A stretch of DNA of 64,000 bases. It comes from Phoronis australis. Taxonomy: Eukaryota; Animalia; Phoronida. Below the pieces are notes generated by a model. That model saw nothing but the letters and a program-made list of their open reading frames with translations. It made no database searches and was not told the origin of the DNA. The stretch is taken from the NCBI GenBank assembly GCA_002633005.1, contig NMRA01000225.1, forward strand, positions 508,275-572,274, read 5' to 3'. Shown here one piece after another: positions 1 to 14,357 of this stretch (its first letter is position 1; each line of letters begins with the position of its first letter). Made by a program: the position numbers and the translations under genes.

Positions 1-3000
1 TGATGTCTGAAATGTGTGTGAAAGGATAAAAAGTTTTAAATTCAGTTGTTGCAGTGTATAACATGGAAAGAATTCTTCAGTTTGGAACGCAATGTGGTGG
101 TCGGGTGAAATTTCATTTTGTCAAAATTTTCAACAAGAATAAGTTTTTGGGAAAATTTAGTGCAGTTCTGAGTATATTGTTTTTGTCGTAAATTGAAGAA
201 TTTGTATTGGTTGAAAGTTAAAAGCCTGCAGCCAGGCAGTAACAGCTCCGTGAAATATCTACGTGTGGGCCAATTACCATGAGGCAGGTGTCAGTATCTC
301 CCGGAAACTTGGTTTGGGTTGGATTTCATCTACATGTGGCTGAAAGGTAAACTAGCCCTTGGTGGTTCAAGAAATGATCAACAGTAAGGCCTGTATCATG
401 GCGACCAGAGAGGAATGAGGGTGGTCTCAAAAATTTGTATTGAATTTTGATTTTTATGGAACTTATTTGTTCACTAGAATCATTATTTTTACAATATGCA
501 CCAGATAAGGCATCCAAAACTGAGCTTGTGGTTATTTTCTTGTACTACCAAAGATCTATCATTACGAGTTTTTCACTTTCATTTAGCACATCAGTACAAA
601 TGTACTGCTCAGTGCTTTAATGAATTCAGAATAATGTAGAAGGGAGCACATGATAGTTTTATTTTGGATTTTCTTTTAGTTTCATTACATACCACTTGTA
701 GCGCTGTGTCAAAAGTCCGAGTTGTCGATATACTCATCAGCGATATAGCTTTATCTTACATTGTTTTCGTATGTTTAATAGCATTTGCCAACCTCTAGAT
801 GGTTGTTAACCTCCCCTCCATCATAAAAAATTAAGTGTTTTGATTTTCACCACTTATTACTGTAACAATGTCAAATTAGAGTGATTCCAGGGCTGAGAAA
901 GAATTCACATTTCATTTTTTCTTACGACCATTTTTATTTTGTGCACAGAGTGTAATCTTGAGGTATACCAAGCTGCCAGTTCCTTACAAACTTAGAAAAC
1001 ACATTTTCGTCTGAATGTGGAACAGTTTGAGACAAAGTTCATAGCATTGAGTAATCTAAATCAACCATTCGTTTCTTTGAGGGAACGCTTGTTTGAAGCT
1101 GCTTCAAGTTTCTGTAGACATTAACTCTTAGAATTGTCCATGAATCGCTTGTCATTATGCTGTCTTTGTTAAGGAGGAGATTCTTGTGTTGAAGTATGTT
1201 GCTGTTTTGAGTGAGTTGTGTTTCATTTTCACTTCTAAGCACCAAGCTGGAAATAACTATCATTTCAAATCAGTCTAGGCCACGGATAGTTCCGGGAATT
1301 GATCTGTCTTTGTTGTCAAAATTATTCAGTTTGGGACAGAGTAAAAATTCATTTGCTGTTTTTATTGTTACTGCTTTGTAAGTTTGGCTTTCTCCCCATT
1401 AAGTTTCTCTATTGTCTATGTTTCTGTTTATTTTAAAAGTGTTTTAATTTTGAACTGAACTTGCAAAGCATGACTAAAGCAAAAGTAATGCAAGTCCCAA
1501 TTTTTCAGAATTAGAAATTCGTGTTAGGTGTCATAAACTCATGACACTGTCCCAAGTTGAAGGCTTTTTGCTGTAAGATTTTGAAATATCTAAATAACTG
1601 GATTATTTTTTGGTCTGTTACAGGATTCTCTGACGGTGTTTAGTTGATTCTGTGTCAACTTATTTTTAGCAGCGCTTTCTATTCAATATTGTTTTCATTT
1701 CAGTTTTCTGTGGATGTCCACTCCAACAGCATGACTGTACTTCCTTGTATATTACTGTTCAACGTTGAATCTTATTTTTTCCATCATTTCAGAACCTTCC
1801 GATGGAAATGGACCTCTTGGTAAGTTGAAAGCTTGAATGACTTAATTAATAACCCAGAACGGCAGCCGTTCAATAGGGCAACTGTCGTTCTGACTTCATG
1901 AGCCATCACTGGCAAAATGGGCATCAGCTGTGTGTTCAATAAAACTTCACTGTTCACCAACGCTTGTTGGAAAGCCCAAGTGCCCTGTTTGTGAAAAACA
2001 ATGATGTTTTGCACGATTTACATAGTCTTGATTAAATAATTTAATGTAAGAGACTGCATGCCATTGAATCCACCCCTTATGAAAGGTATTGGATTATAAA
2101 GCTCAAACTGTGATCTACCAGTAAAATGGGGTACAATAGAACTCGCGTAAATCACTGTGTTTGGTCGAGTTGGGTTTTCGTTAAAGGTATTGTCAACCTA
2201 GGAGAGGTCCTTTCACACGCCGTCATTCAATTCAGAATAAAGTATATGACTGAAAAATTTTTAATTCATACTTTAAAACATCCTAAAATTGCTGGTGATC
2301 TCTGGTCCATGATGGGCATATTTTGTGAAAAGAAACTTTTTCAACCATCAAAATGCCTTTTTAGGGCAATGTCCCAGTTCCGGGGTATTAATTTTTGACG
2401 GCTATTATGTGCATTGTCTGAAAGAAAGGCGCAGTTCCATCAGCCATAGTCCATGAAATCATTGTGCAAATTTTGAAGAGAATTGACCATGCACCCAAGA
2501 GAAATCGGTGTTGAAAACTTCTAAAAGTGCCCGAATGTAATGTAACGATTTGCCACAGACTTGTACCAGTCAATAGATGTCTTAACAACTTGCATATTTG
2601 AAACATAAATGTTGCGATTTAACGAATTTTATAAGTATAACTAAAAATATAGTTAAAATACAGACAGTTATACAACACTAGGGAGCTGACAGTGGGGTTA
2701 ATTTGAGTAAATCTTTCGTAAACTGCTCCAACAAAGTTCCATGCAATGGCTGTTTTTAGAACTAGCTCTTGGCCATGCAGATATGGCATATTTCACAGTG
2801 CTCTCAGTATGATTGTATCTCACTCGTGTGAGTTTCACTGCTGTACCATTGATGAACCTGAGTGTGTTAAAGTTTCCTGAATGTGCACACCTGTACCCAT
2901 CATTAGTTTGTACAAGGTTGTCGGACCTGTTTCTCATTACAAGCAATATTGGATTCTTGACCTTGAATAACACTGAGCCGGGATAAACTCCAGCTCAGGA

Positions 3001-3363
3001 TCACAGGTAATGCGAAACTAAAAATGCTGAAATGAGATGGAATGCAAATGCCAACAGACAGGAAGGCATTCCAGTGTCTGTTAGCAGGCAAGCACTAACT
3101 TGTAGCCAGAGTGGATAGGTTTCCTGTATATAATGCCTCAGGGTGTACTTTGTAATATGAATTGGTTAACTCTGAAGTTGACTGGCTTATCAGTTTTAAT
3201 TGTAGCTGCTGACTTCTGATTGAAGAGAATTTCCATGCCATTGGCAATTTAAGGTTTAGCCAAAATTATTCAAGAACTAACGGTCATAACTTGTTGCCTG
3301 AGAATCGACTAGTTCTACAGCATGTACTTTCCCTCTGCACTGTTTGTGATGCATGTGTTTAGG

Positions 3364-3519
3364 CAGTGCTGTAGTGGTAAAATTAGAGGTAAGTAGGCAC
3401 CCAAAGCCCACCGTATCACCTTGAGCACTGAACGTAACTTACAGTGAGTAGGCACTACGTTTAAATGCCAAAATGTGGTTGGCTGCGCCTACGTGCGCCT
3501 ACGCCCCACTACAGCACTG
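3364..3519. mobile_element. hAT-type MITE
   Basis: Perfect 14-bp TIRs cagtgctgtagtgg / ccactacagcactg; 8-bp target-site duplication tgtttagg / tatttagg (7/8 match). Confidence 0.8.
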
Positions 3520-4458
3520 TATTTAGGCCCATGCACCTTGATGTTGAGGTGTGCCTATATCTGGAGCAAGGTGCATGCTTTTGTTTGTGAAAAAATTGAA
3601 CAACTTTTTAAAATGGCACGTAAGCAGTTGGTTGGGAATAAGTGGGACCGTGGCTGTAGAGGGGCTATCAAGGGAAGTGAAGTTTGGGGCGATTCTGGGG
3701 GGACATGTTACAAAGTGCTGTGGTTTTTTTACGATTTGGTCGCATTTTCTTGAGGTGCTCTTTTGTACACAGGCCTTGGATTTCTCTGGGTATTTCGTTC
3801 CAACTTAAAAAATTCTATAGTGTGCTTATGAAGTGGCGTATCGCATAGCCTATGAGTGACATTTTGTGGTTTGATAAAATTTCCTGAGTTTTGGCCTGTT
3901 CTTGGTTTTCATACATCCGTGTAGGGCATACCTTGATCTGTGCACTCCTACAGAACCTACGCTGAGTTGCATTGCTGTCTGTGATTGTCTTATTTATTCA
4001 AACTTAATCGAAACAATTTTCATCCACTTGATTGACTGCATAATCCATGTTCATTCAGTTTCAACTCACATGATTATGTCGTCAATGCAACTGTATGTGT
4101 GTGTATTTAGGCCCATGCGATTTAGTGGCTTAGGTGCCAAAGTCTTTCGCATATATGCACGTGAGCATATACTGCTTCAGACGGGCTTCCCTTGTTTGTG
4201 CCCATGTCTTGAATTGGATATTTTTATCATGTCTTTTTGTTCATTCTCAGTAGTACTGAAACCTTTAATTAAATAACATTTTAACGTCTAGTAGAGAAGT
4301 CATGCATTACTCATGGGCTTTTGTAAAACCTTGAACCTTGGTTTTACACCATATTAACTGTAGGTGCATCTGTCTAAATTCTGATGTAGGCGCAGATTCA
4401 CGTACACCGGCCAATGGCAATAGTGTGGAGTGTTTTCAATGGATTGTTTTACTTTCAG

Positions 4459-7400
4459 CCTCCCCCACTAGGAGTGATAACTTGAAGAGTCCACCACCAC
4501 CGTCGCCGAAATCCAAGACAAACACTCCAGTCTCTAATGGACAGCAAGGTAACCTTTTTGCAATAGCTCTTGAATCACGTGATGTGGCCAATAGGTGGCG
4601 TGCAGACCAGGCCTAAAATGTTTGTGGTCAAACTCTTGAATGGTACATGCCACAAATAATCCAACAAAATGATTACGACCGAATGCTAGTTGAATTCCTT
4701 GCCTGCTAACAGCCCAGTATGAAAGGAATTCACCATCAGAGGTCTTCGCCTATGACTAGTCGTGATGGAAACGGAGATGTTGTCTCATTGATTTTGTGGT
4801 GTTGTGAAGTAATGTTGGGCTATGTGTGTTAGAAGGGGGGGAAGGGGAGTCCCTTTTGATAATATGCAGGAATTCAACCTTGAGGTTATCCAACCCTATG
4901 GCCTCCACCCAATACAGTTGGTTGCTAAAGACAATCATTTTCCTGCGTTGTATCTCACCTGTGGTAGAACCTCCTTTTTGTCTTAACGCAGATCTCAAAA
5001 AACCTTATTGTGGCATTGATGTCAGTGTTTCATCAAACTGAAATTGATACCTTTGTTCAGAAGGGTACTTCTGCTCACTTTTTTACTTGACTGTGTTTGA
5101 AAGCATCACAGCCTCTGCTTTTGTACGAAATATAAGAAGGTTTCTCACGCAAATATTTCCATTCATGATTTATGATCGGTCATTCATGATCTGTTGTACT
5201 CAGCACAAGCACGACCGCCTCCTGTGGCTCCAAAGCCTGCCAAAAACCCAGCACTTGAAAGGGCACCGAGTATGGGTAAGATATTGCCTGCCAGTTGGTA
5301 GTGACACCTAGTGGCCTCTCATCCAAAGGTTTTTGTAGTTAACTGACACCTGTAGGTTTCATGTAATAGGCTAGTTCGTAACCCAAGCATGCTGTATGAT
5401 TTGGGAAGCTTTGCTTCCTCAGGACACCCTTGATGCTAACCAATTATTGCTGTTGGAACCAAGGCATTTTATTTAACATTCCTCACTAATCATATAGACG
5501 TATTATTCAAGTCACGAGGTCTTGCCTTTTGGGGCTTAACCTTAAACACTGATGCTAACATGTCTATAACTTGACTATCTCCTTACTTTCTGGTTTAAGA
5601 TCCTAATCAATGCATCTCTCCAGAGGATGGGGGTAAGAGAGTAAACTTCGTTGTTCCCTTGGTACTAATAAAGTGTGTTTCGGGGTTTTTCTGACCTTAG
5701 CGCTGCTACTTGCATGTCATTCCTTTATAGTCGTCGGCTTTCTCTTAGAATCTATCTGATGTCTACTGGTCATGGTTTCAAAAAGATTTCTTTATATTAT
5801 CACGTATTTATCAAATTGTATGTGACTTGATTTTGCTAATTGATATCTTTGTCCGACCACTTTTTCATTTGTGATCCATTGCTACCAACTCTGTCTGTCT
5901 GGGTGACTTGTCTGCGAAGCTGTTCCCATCATGTATAGGATGGCATGTGCCAATTTTCAAAAGGATTGGAGGCCTACTACTGCTGTGGCCCTTAAGTGAT
6001 ATTTCTGTTTTTTGAATGTGCCTCTGTAGCTTCCATATTCCATTTTGGATTTTCATAAAATTTGGCTGGTAAATTTCTATCGAGAAGGGGACAATACCTG
6101 CTCATTTTTGGACGGATCCCATTGGTACTGAACCCCCTACTGGTAGTTTTAGCGCCATGCCGTTCATTTTTGGTAACTGCCTCTCCGTCTTCCAAATTGC
6201 TTGAAGGACCAATATTCAGTACATTTAATTTCATTGTGGCAATTAAATTATTTTGTTAGCAGTTTGTCATCTGCCTCCATGTCTTCCAAACTGCTTGTAG
6301 GGTTGTAGTGAACTTCAGCAGATGCATTATTGTTTAGGATCGCATTGCGTCTGTTGATTTTCAAATTAACGTGATCACTTCTGCGCCACTTAGTGGCAAG
6401 TTTGCAGCTTTTTACATCTGCCTCAGTACCTATCAACTTCTTGATATATCTTCATGAAATTTGGTTCACGTAGGTGTGTGTCCATGGAAAAGATTACATT
6501 TGGACACTTTCGGGTCCAAACTTCGCACATACCTGACCTTTCCCCCTCAATGGTAGTTTAACCAATTGTGTTAATTTTGGACACTGTCTGCCTGTCTGTC
6601 TGCCAAACCACATGAATAGCTGTCATATCTGTTTCATGGTTGATGTTGAATTTCGGACGAATGTTGAATTATTACCTTAGAAATTCTCATGACGGCCATT
6701 CTGGCTTGGCAAACTAATCTGCCTCGATGAGCAACTCAATGGGCCTGGTTTGAAAAATAACAACATGCCAGATCTTAAGTCTAGGAATTATAATCATGAG
6801 AGTTGCAGTAAGTGGTCTCACTCGAAAGTTGGTTTGGACAAAGACGAACGCCTTGAAAGTGGAACTTGCTGGCTAATTTCTTTTCTATCCGATTGCTTTT
6901 GCCAAATTAGTCAGAAACACAACACTGTGTGACCACGATGTGAATAAGAAGTGGGCTGAAAATTGCCAAATGTTTTTAACAATGAATTTTGTGGCAAAAT
7001 GATCCGCCTCAAATCACTGAACTGTGTCCAGTATTAGTATCGTGATGTGGTGCTGGGGAATACCACTGCATGATGTGGGTTGTGTGAGCCCGCGAGTTAT
7101 GTCATTAGTGCAAAGGTCACCTATTTCTAGAATTTTTTGATTTTCACATCAAATTGTGAATGAATACAACTGCACTTTGTTTAGCATAGATTATGTCAAA
7201 ATAGCATTGTCGTTAAGTTCTGGCTATGCAATAAGCATTTGTTAGGAACATTCAAATGCATGATTGATGATGCAGCTGGTGAACTGAATGAGTTAGCCAG
7301 CCTAAGTCGCCACATTTATTCCCTGAGGGCACTGTAGTTGTTGACAGCAAAGCAGAGAATACAAATAGATCAGTAAAAGCCAGTACCCTGCTAGAGCACC

Positions 7401-10400
7401 GTTATGTGGTAGGGTATGTTTTTTTGCCTCTTAGTTCTTACCAGAGGGCCCATTTTGCTAGAAATCAAAACAGAAAAGTACAAGTTACACAGAAAAAGCA
7501 TAGTTGGTCCTGGTCTCTACTCCAAATCATTTTGAGACCTGCATTCACTCACTATAAAAAAAGTTTCAGTTGAGGTTTTGTGAGTGTCTTAAAGGTGCAC
7601 AAATGTACTATTAAAGCAAGGTCTGAAAAAAGCGAACTACTAAAAAAACACCACACTTCCAATTTTCAAAAACGACACAGAAACGAGAACCAACTATACT
7701 TTTTTACCTTAGAACCTTAATAGCAGTAATTTAAGTCTTTTGCGGTGGCAAGTTTTAGTACACACTGAAAAAATAACAAATGAATGGCTTCTGTTTCAGA
7801 CATGGATGTGTCCAGTATTCCTGGTTTACAGCCGGTCCCTGAAGGCACTCCGGGATGGAAAAAGGCCATGATAGAGAAGAAAAATAAAGAACTCGTTGAA
7901 AAATATCACGTAAGTACTGGTGCTCACATTCCATCAGATGAATGATGCGGCTAATCCGTCTTCACAGCTTTGATTTGGGCTCACTGATATTCAGGTGTCC
8001 ACCTAGACATAAGGTGCCAGTGTTTCTTGGGTCAGATAAGACATGTCTTGGTGTCTGGTTGTGACTGTCCATAGTAAGCCTTTTCCAGTTAGTCAGCCAA
8101 AGCAAAATGGCAATCCAGAAATGCAGTGAATTTGTTAATGATTTAGACTGAACTGTTCACCATGGTAACTGTTCATGACCATGTCACATCACACTAATTA
8201 AGGTTTTGAGACTGCAGCTTAGGGCTCAGGTGTGTCGGTCAGTGTAACTAGAGAATAATTAGTGAATGAATAAATTATTACTTGTCTTTAACGTTGTGTG
8301 AAACAGGTTTAAATGTATTTATGAAACATTACAATTGATAGCACCCAGCCTGTGAAATTTGCTGTTTGCATTCCAGCCCTCTGTGTCTGGTAGAGAACAT
8401 CTTTGCCATTACAATTACCCCCCTCTGAAAATGATCATGCTCTGTAGTTGCAACTGCATTTTTGCTGGCATGACTGCGCAGTGCCATCAGCATTTTCAAG
8501 ATTGCCTAAACTGTAATTGACCTGGAACAAATTATTCCATGAATATGCATTTGATTCATAAAAGTCAAAGTAAAGTCAAAGACATTGAACGGGTGACTAT
8601 TTGGGTCAGTTATAAAAAATGCAATTTCTACTGGCTTAAACTGATTGTTCTTTAGTGTTGACTAATTTTCTATTCAGTTTTCGAATACTGAGTGTCTTGC
8701 TACAGGTTTTGTTTGTGACGATGCAAGTGAATTTTACACTCACTACATTAATCTGGTTAAAAGGGCATTCATTTACTGTTTGTTGAATTCTTAATCTAAG
8801 CACTTCATGATTCAAAAATATTACCATGCTCTTCTGATCTTGAATTGTTGCCACACGAGGCGGCAACTCCAGTCGCAGGCAATACATAAATGTGCCATTT
8901 CTGGGCCATAGCCAACCCTGAAGTGTTTTCTTGAGTCGCTGATAATATTGATGTTGTTGCTGTTGGTAACAGAACTAAAATCCTGTTGTCATGGTAACGA
9001 ATCACCTGAGACTGAATGTATGGGAGTAAAAGGCCCAATTGGATTTTTGTTTTTACAGTGAATTCGCGCCATTATCGGATGGCTTGCCATTTTGGGCCAA
9101 GAATAAATATTTCCAAAATGAATTTTCCGTAGTCCACGAAATTCGTACTAGGTCCATAAACTGTTTCTCAATGGTCCTCGGACAATGTCATAAACATCGG
9201 ATTTCTGTCCCGCAAATTTCGGACAAGGAAAATGTTAGAAACGCTAATTTTGGATCGACATAACTCTCATGCTGCTAAAGTGTTCAATGGACCATTACTA
9301 CTCTATAAGGCTTGAACCCGAGAACCCGTATAACGGGCTCTGTAATTTTTACCAAAGTTGTCTTAATGATGTTATGAACGTTTATCTTGTGTTCTGCGCT
9401 TTATCTATGAAAAGAATCACCGAGTCCCACACACCGAAAATTTCTGATGAAAATACATTTAATGGCTAGCTTAACTGGGTGAAATTCAGCTTTAAATGCC
9501 TAGCACTCCATCAATCTAGTTGGTAGATCCTAATGGGCTGCCCTTTTATTCAATGCGCTGTATTAATAATAGCATTTGTCCCGTCGACACGGTACTCTTG
9601 TGTTATTGGTTGTTCAGACTAGTGAGTTGTTTGTCCTCTGCATTTCAGAGAGAGTTGGCGGATAAAAAAGCTGAGGAAGACAAGTGGGCTGGCATACCTG
9701 CCTGGAAGAAGAATTTGATGATTGAACAAGAGAAGAAACGGCAGATAGAGCAGGTAGGTTGCGTAAGGGTAACCGTGATAGGGGGCGCTGTTGTATAGTG
9801 CAGGAAGGTGAGAGCTCGCAAATATTTATTGAATGTCCAGAGACTGGAAGGGGCATCTAAAACTGTTCTGAGAGGCGGTAACGGATGGCTGTGACCCACC
9901 TTGATGGTTGGCTTGCCATCCCTTGTGATTTTTTAAGAGGAGTTAGAGTTAGTTGGATGTGTATGTATTTGTAGTTGGTTGTTTATTTAATATATCAAGT
10001 GTTACTGGTTGCTGTGTGAGGTTGCAAATGTCTAGTTGACACTGGTACTGTTGTTTGATGTTTAGTGCATGGAGGCATGGTGTTTCTAGTAAGTGCCATG
10101 TGCAACATTGGATCAACCTGAGTAACAAGGACGCAAAATAGAACCTGTCAAAAAATTAATGTCATTAAAAGCTACCCTACCTGAACGTCCATCAGATTCG
10201 TTTGAGCAGCCAGTTGCCAATTGAATGCCAGAACTTGAGAAAGCTAAATGCTGGTTGCGGAGTGCTGTATTTGATGTGTAAGTTTCATTTCAAGTGGACC
10301 GCAAATCGTGTAGTTTCAAAAAGGGAGCTTGGTTTTCATTGAGAACTTTTTACATACGTTGATCAGTGTGTTTTAGCCTTCAGTCACATGCAGCTAGCTA

Positions 10401-10860
10401 TGTGGCTATGCTGTTATGTAGCTCGGGTAAGGGATGCTAATGTAGTCAGGCAGTGATAAAATTGGCCTCTGACCACTGAACTCCTAAAGCTCGACTAAAC
10501 CAAGCACATGGTGCCTTCAGGATGACTTTCAGATTTTAACTCCGAGATGAAACTGGACTAAATCCAAAACTCCTTTTCAAATTAATTTCTTACACCCCTG
10601 AGGCACAGCGTATTTGCTCTACTGGGTAGTTTACATCACTAACTGCTGCATGTTTATTTACCCTTGATGTGGTAGCTTACCATATTGCCGTTAAACTGTT
10701 TACTCTGCGCGATGTTATCTTCATTACTAGAAGCGCATTGGTATAGAGTACCATCAATTTGTAGGCACCGCTGAAGGAGAAAGAGCAACAACAGCTGGAC
10801 GAGGAGGCGAGGCTGCAAGCCATGCCCCCCTGGAAACGAGAACTGTTGAAGAAGAAGTAA
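4459..10860 (+). CDS. 3' part of a multi-exon gene: proline-rich region followed by an espin/forked-like C-terminal module; 5' exons not identified (probably upstream of the window)
   Basis: Exons 4459-4548, 5204-5275, 7800-7909, 9649-9753 and 10765-10860 (TAA) have canonical AG/GT sites with matching phases (1,1,0,0). Spliced product: ASPTRSDNLKSPPPPSPKSKTNTPVSNGQQAQARPPPVAPKPAKNPALERAPSMDMDVSSIPGLQPVPEGTPGWKKAMIEKKNKELVEKYHRELADKKAEEDKWAGIPAWKKNLMIEQEKKRQIEQAPLKEKEQQQLDEEARLQAMPPWKRELLKKK*. The three PxW(K/R) motifs separated by charged coiled-coil resemble the espin actin-bundling module (IPEWKRQ / EEARLASMPAWRRDLL / LAPWQRQ). Confidence 0.8.
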
Positions 10861-11549
10861 CTAGACTGCGTCTTGAAGTGGAGAGTCAGCAGCGTACAGA
10901 TTACAACGCTGAAGTCGAGACGGCATCTTGAATTTCATTCACACAGCTGGTTGACGATTAGTTTGCCTTACGGTCAATGCGTTTCTGTGAGATTTTAAAA
11001 ACAAGTTTCATATATTTTGTACTCAAAATATACTGTATATTTGCATATTATTTGTATTTGGCAGTTGCTGTATCTCTGCTGTCATCGTTTCGCTCTCATT
11101 ACGCAATCGTGTATTATTTTATTGGTTTCTGCACTGCCACGCGCAGATAACTGTGGTGATTGGTGACCTAGTGCAATTAGGAAAATTGCTATGTTTAGAG
11201 CTTAATGGTTTTGTTGTGGCGTTCTTGTGCTGCGTGATGCAAGTCCAGTATGGGTATTCCGTTGGACTTCAATTTAAAGAGTGTTAAGGCTGAGGCAATT
11301 ATGGTTCAGGCTCTATTTGCTGTTCATTTTGGAAGAATAGTTGTATGTATTAATCTATTACCCTGCGGGTGTCATTGCTATGGCACAGTTGTTGTAGTTT
11401 GTATGTTGACATACCCATTAATGTGTGTCTGTCCTTAGTTCAAGATTTCCGTCTGACAGAAAGAATATTCAACATCTTGTCCTGTGGTTTCTGTGCTTGG
11501 GATAACATGACGTCACCCTGAAATGTATTTCTGATTGATCTTAAGTGGC

Positions 11550-11555
11550 AATAAA
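11550..11555 (+). terminator. Candidate polyadenylation signal of the espin-like gene
   Basis: AATAAA about 690 nt after the TAA at 10860, followed by GT/T-rich sequence (ggttgttgtttttt). Confidence 0.5.
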
Positions 11556-12435
11556 CTTTTGTGCACTACTTGGACATCACATTGTGCAGGTTGTTGTTTT
11601 TTTAACTTGGATGCCTTCAGTCAGGGTAGTCCTGTGGGCATCTTTGATGAGTTTAAACCATAGACTATATGGTTTAAACTAACTTGATACTGTACATTAC
11701 AGGAAGCACGTGATCTTGGCTATTACTACACTCGTGAGGAACGAGACCCACTGGGTCTGGTCCACAGCAGGTGGACTGACCACTAAGCAGAAGATTACTG
11801 CCGGAGTGCCAGGCCAAACTAGTTGTCAGTCATAGGACAAGGTTTTAGTCCAAAAATTGGTTCATAGCTTTTAGTTGTTGAAAGAAATTAGCGTTCCTAG
11901 TGTCATATCGCCTTAAATTTCCTTCCACCCGGCGTTCAGTTCTTTTTATTCGGAAATGTTTCATATCTGGGTGTAGCTGTTGAGTGCCATAGGCAGTTTA
12001 CTGACTATGAACGAATCCGAAAACTGCAAAGTCGCCTTTAGCCACAGTTGCAATTGGCTGTTTTTGTTTGGCTCTGCCTTTTACAAATAACCAAGCTCCT
12101 TCATGTGATGTTCATGAAATTTGGCAAATATTCCGGTCACGTAGACAATATGGGCCCCGTTGTCTCAGTGGTATTTGGCCTACACACGTTGCGCTCCTTC
12201 ATTGGTGCTGCTTCTGGTGTCCTTTGTCGTCTGCCTCCCTGTCCTCCAAAGATCTTGAAAAATCATGATGGAAGGTTTTTTAAAAGTGCCGTCTTCAGTT
12301 ACTGTTGAGTGCAGCACTCCAGAGGCTATTAACTTTTCTAGCAATGCTCCGTTTATTCAGGGCTTGGAATTTTCCTCTTTTAAGAGGATTTCCTCTTTAG
12401 TTCATGTGTCGTCTTATTTGATTTCCAGTTTCCTC

Positions 12436-12966
12436 TTTTTTCGTTTTTTATTTTACTCTATAAAACGTTTATTCCAGTTAAATTTTACAACAAACTTATC
12501 TCTATCACACAAGCTTACCACCTGGAAAATTTCCCTCTTTTTGTCATTGGTCATCCCAAGCCTTGTCTATTACGAATAAGTAATGATAAAATCTGCGTGG
12601 TACGCGGAACACACGGTGGGTGCATACCGTTATGAACATTGGTGTCTGTTAATATGGCCTAGACCCGTACGCTTGAGTGAAGTACATCCCGNTATCCTAG
12701 ATCCGCCACTGTTTTTCGTTTTTTATTTTACTCTATAAAACGTTTATTCCAGTTAAATTTTACAACAAACTTATCTCTATCACACAAGCTTACCACCTGA
12801 AAAATTTCCCTCTTTTTGTCATTGGTCATCCCAAGCCTTGTCTATTACGAATAAGTAATGATAAAATCTGCGTGGTACGCGGAACACACGGTGGGTGCAT
12901 ACCGTTATGAACATTGGTGTCTGTTAATATGGCCTAGACCCGTACGCTTGAGTGAAGTACATCCCG
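12436..12966. repeat. ~255-bp near-identical duplication across a single N (probable uncollapsed haplotypes)
   Basis: 12436-12691 is repeated at 12712-12966 with n at 12692. The second copy is preceded by a MITE end (tatcctagatccgccactg) that is absent before the first copy. Confidence 0.8.
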
Positions 12967-13749
12967 AAGCACCATTCTCCAATAAACCTGTATTCCGACT
13001 ATATAATTTTTGTTTTTAAACTACAGCATCTGCCTTCTGCCCCCGAGAAGCTTTTTATATACGGCGAATATCCAACAGTTGGAAATGAGGCTTACCCGGC
13101 CAGCAAGAGGGAAATGCATAATCCATGATGACGCCAGACCGTCATATTGCTAGAACAAGTGTTTCGTTAGTTCGTATTAGAGGTCGTGTTAGTGATGCGT
13201 TTTATAAGAAAATCACAATTTCGGCGATATCATGATTTTATAACACAATTCAACAGGCACGAATCCACGTTCCACACCCTGACATAGTAAACGTTAGCAT
13301 TACTCAGGACATACCGACGCACTGTTTTCACGTGGACGATTGTGATCATGCATATTAGGACTCTGCTGACTATAAACAGTTGACACCTTATTTATGAACG
13401 GCGTTAACTTTGCTTGTGGTTAAAAACAAACGCATAAAAACTTCATTCGCTGTTCGTTGATCAAAAGTTAATTCGGTAAATTTAAAATGGTGACGTGGTG
13501 GTTTTTGGAAGAAATGGAGCGAAATTAGCAACTGCTGCAGAAAATATTTATTGCAAGAAATTGACCCGCATTAATATCCGTTGAGACTTGCATGAGCAGT
13601 GAAATTGAAGCACGGCACCTGTTGCATTGGGCCTGTAAAAGGTTTTAAGTAACGTGTTGGCGTTTCTGTTTTACGTACTTTATTTCGCAAAATTCCTACA
13701 TCATTTTCCCATTGTTATAATTATTAGGATTTGGCGATAGGTAGTCATT

Positions 13750-13982
13750 GGCCCATTCCAAAAATCTGATTGTAAGTTCATTTTTACAAAGTCTAAGATT
13801 TGTCTCAAATTCCAATCTGAAACTTCCACAACCAAGTAAGATAGTCAAAATTAAGACAAAACTTAAGTCAAAACTTTAAGATCTCTTTCTTGAAACGAAC
13901 TTCAGACAAATTTAAGTTTTATCTTAAAAGTGGCTGAAATTTAATATCTGTCTTAGCTAAGTCAGTTGATTTGGAAAGGGCC
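13750..13982. mobile_element. PIF/Harbinger-like MITE
   Basis: Termini ggcccattccaa ... ttggaaagggcc with internal cttaag/ttaagtc-rich sequence; same family as the element at 50636-51486. Confidence 0.6.
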
Positions 13983-14212
13983 CTTTGATTACAAAAAATG
14001 AGCCCTGGAATACATAGAGTTAAGCTGGTAAATGTGGCCACTGTGAAAAGTTGATTGCAAGGGACAACCCCAGTTCAACCGGTTCCGCCGCCAATGAAAT
14101 GCTTTGAACGACAAGCTAGACTATCTGGTACATGGCATCAGTCACTGAAACAACAATCTTATGGATATTTCCCTAAGAAGCTAACCCTAAGACGAAATAA
14201 AGAACAGCAATG

Positions 14213-14357
14213 TAGGGGCCGACTCAGGATTTTGAGTTGGGAGGGCAGGGCAAAGTATTAGCCAGGATTTTCCACGTCAGACATTCGCACCCCCGAACTG
14301 CTAATTGGAATGTGGGAGAATTTGGGGGGGCATGGTCCCCCTCTAAATCCGCCTCTG
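14213..14357. mobile_element. hAT-type MITE
   Basis: Degenerate TIRs taggggccgactcagg / ctaaatccgcctctg; 8-bp TSD cagcaatg / cagcattg; related, in inverted orientation, to the copies at 56491 and 59927. Confidence 0.7.
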
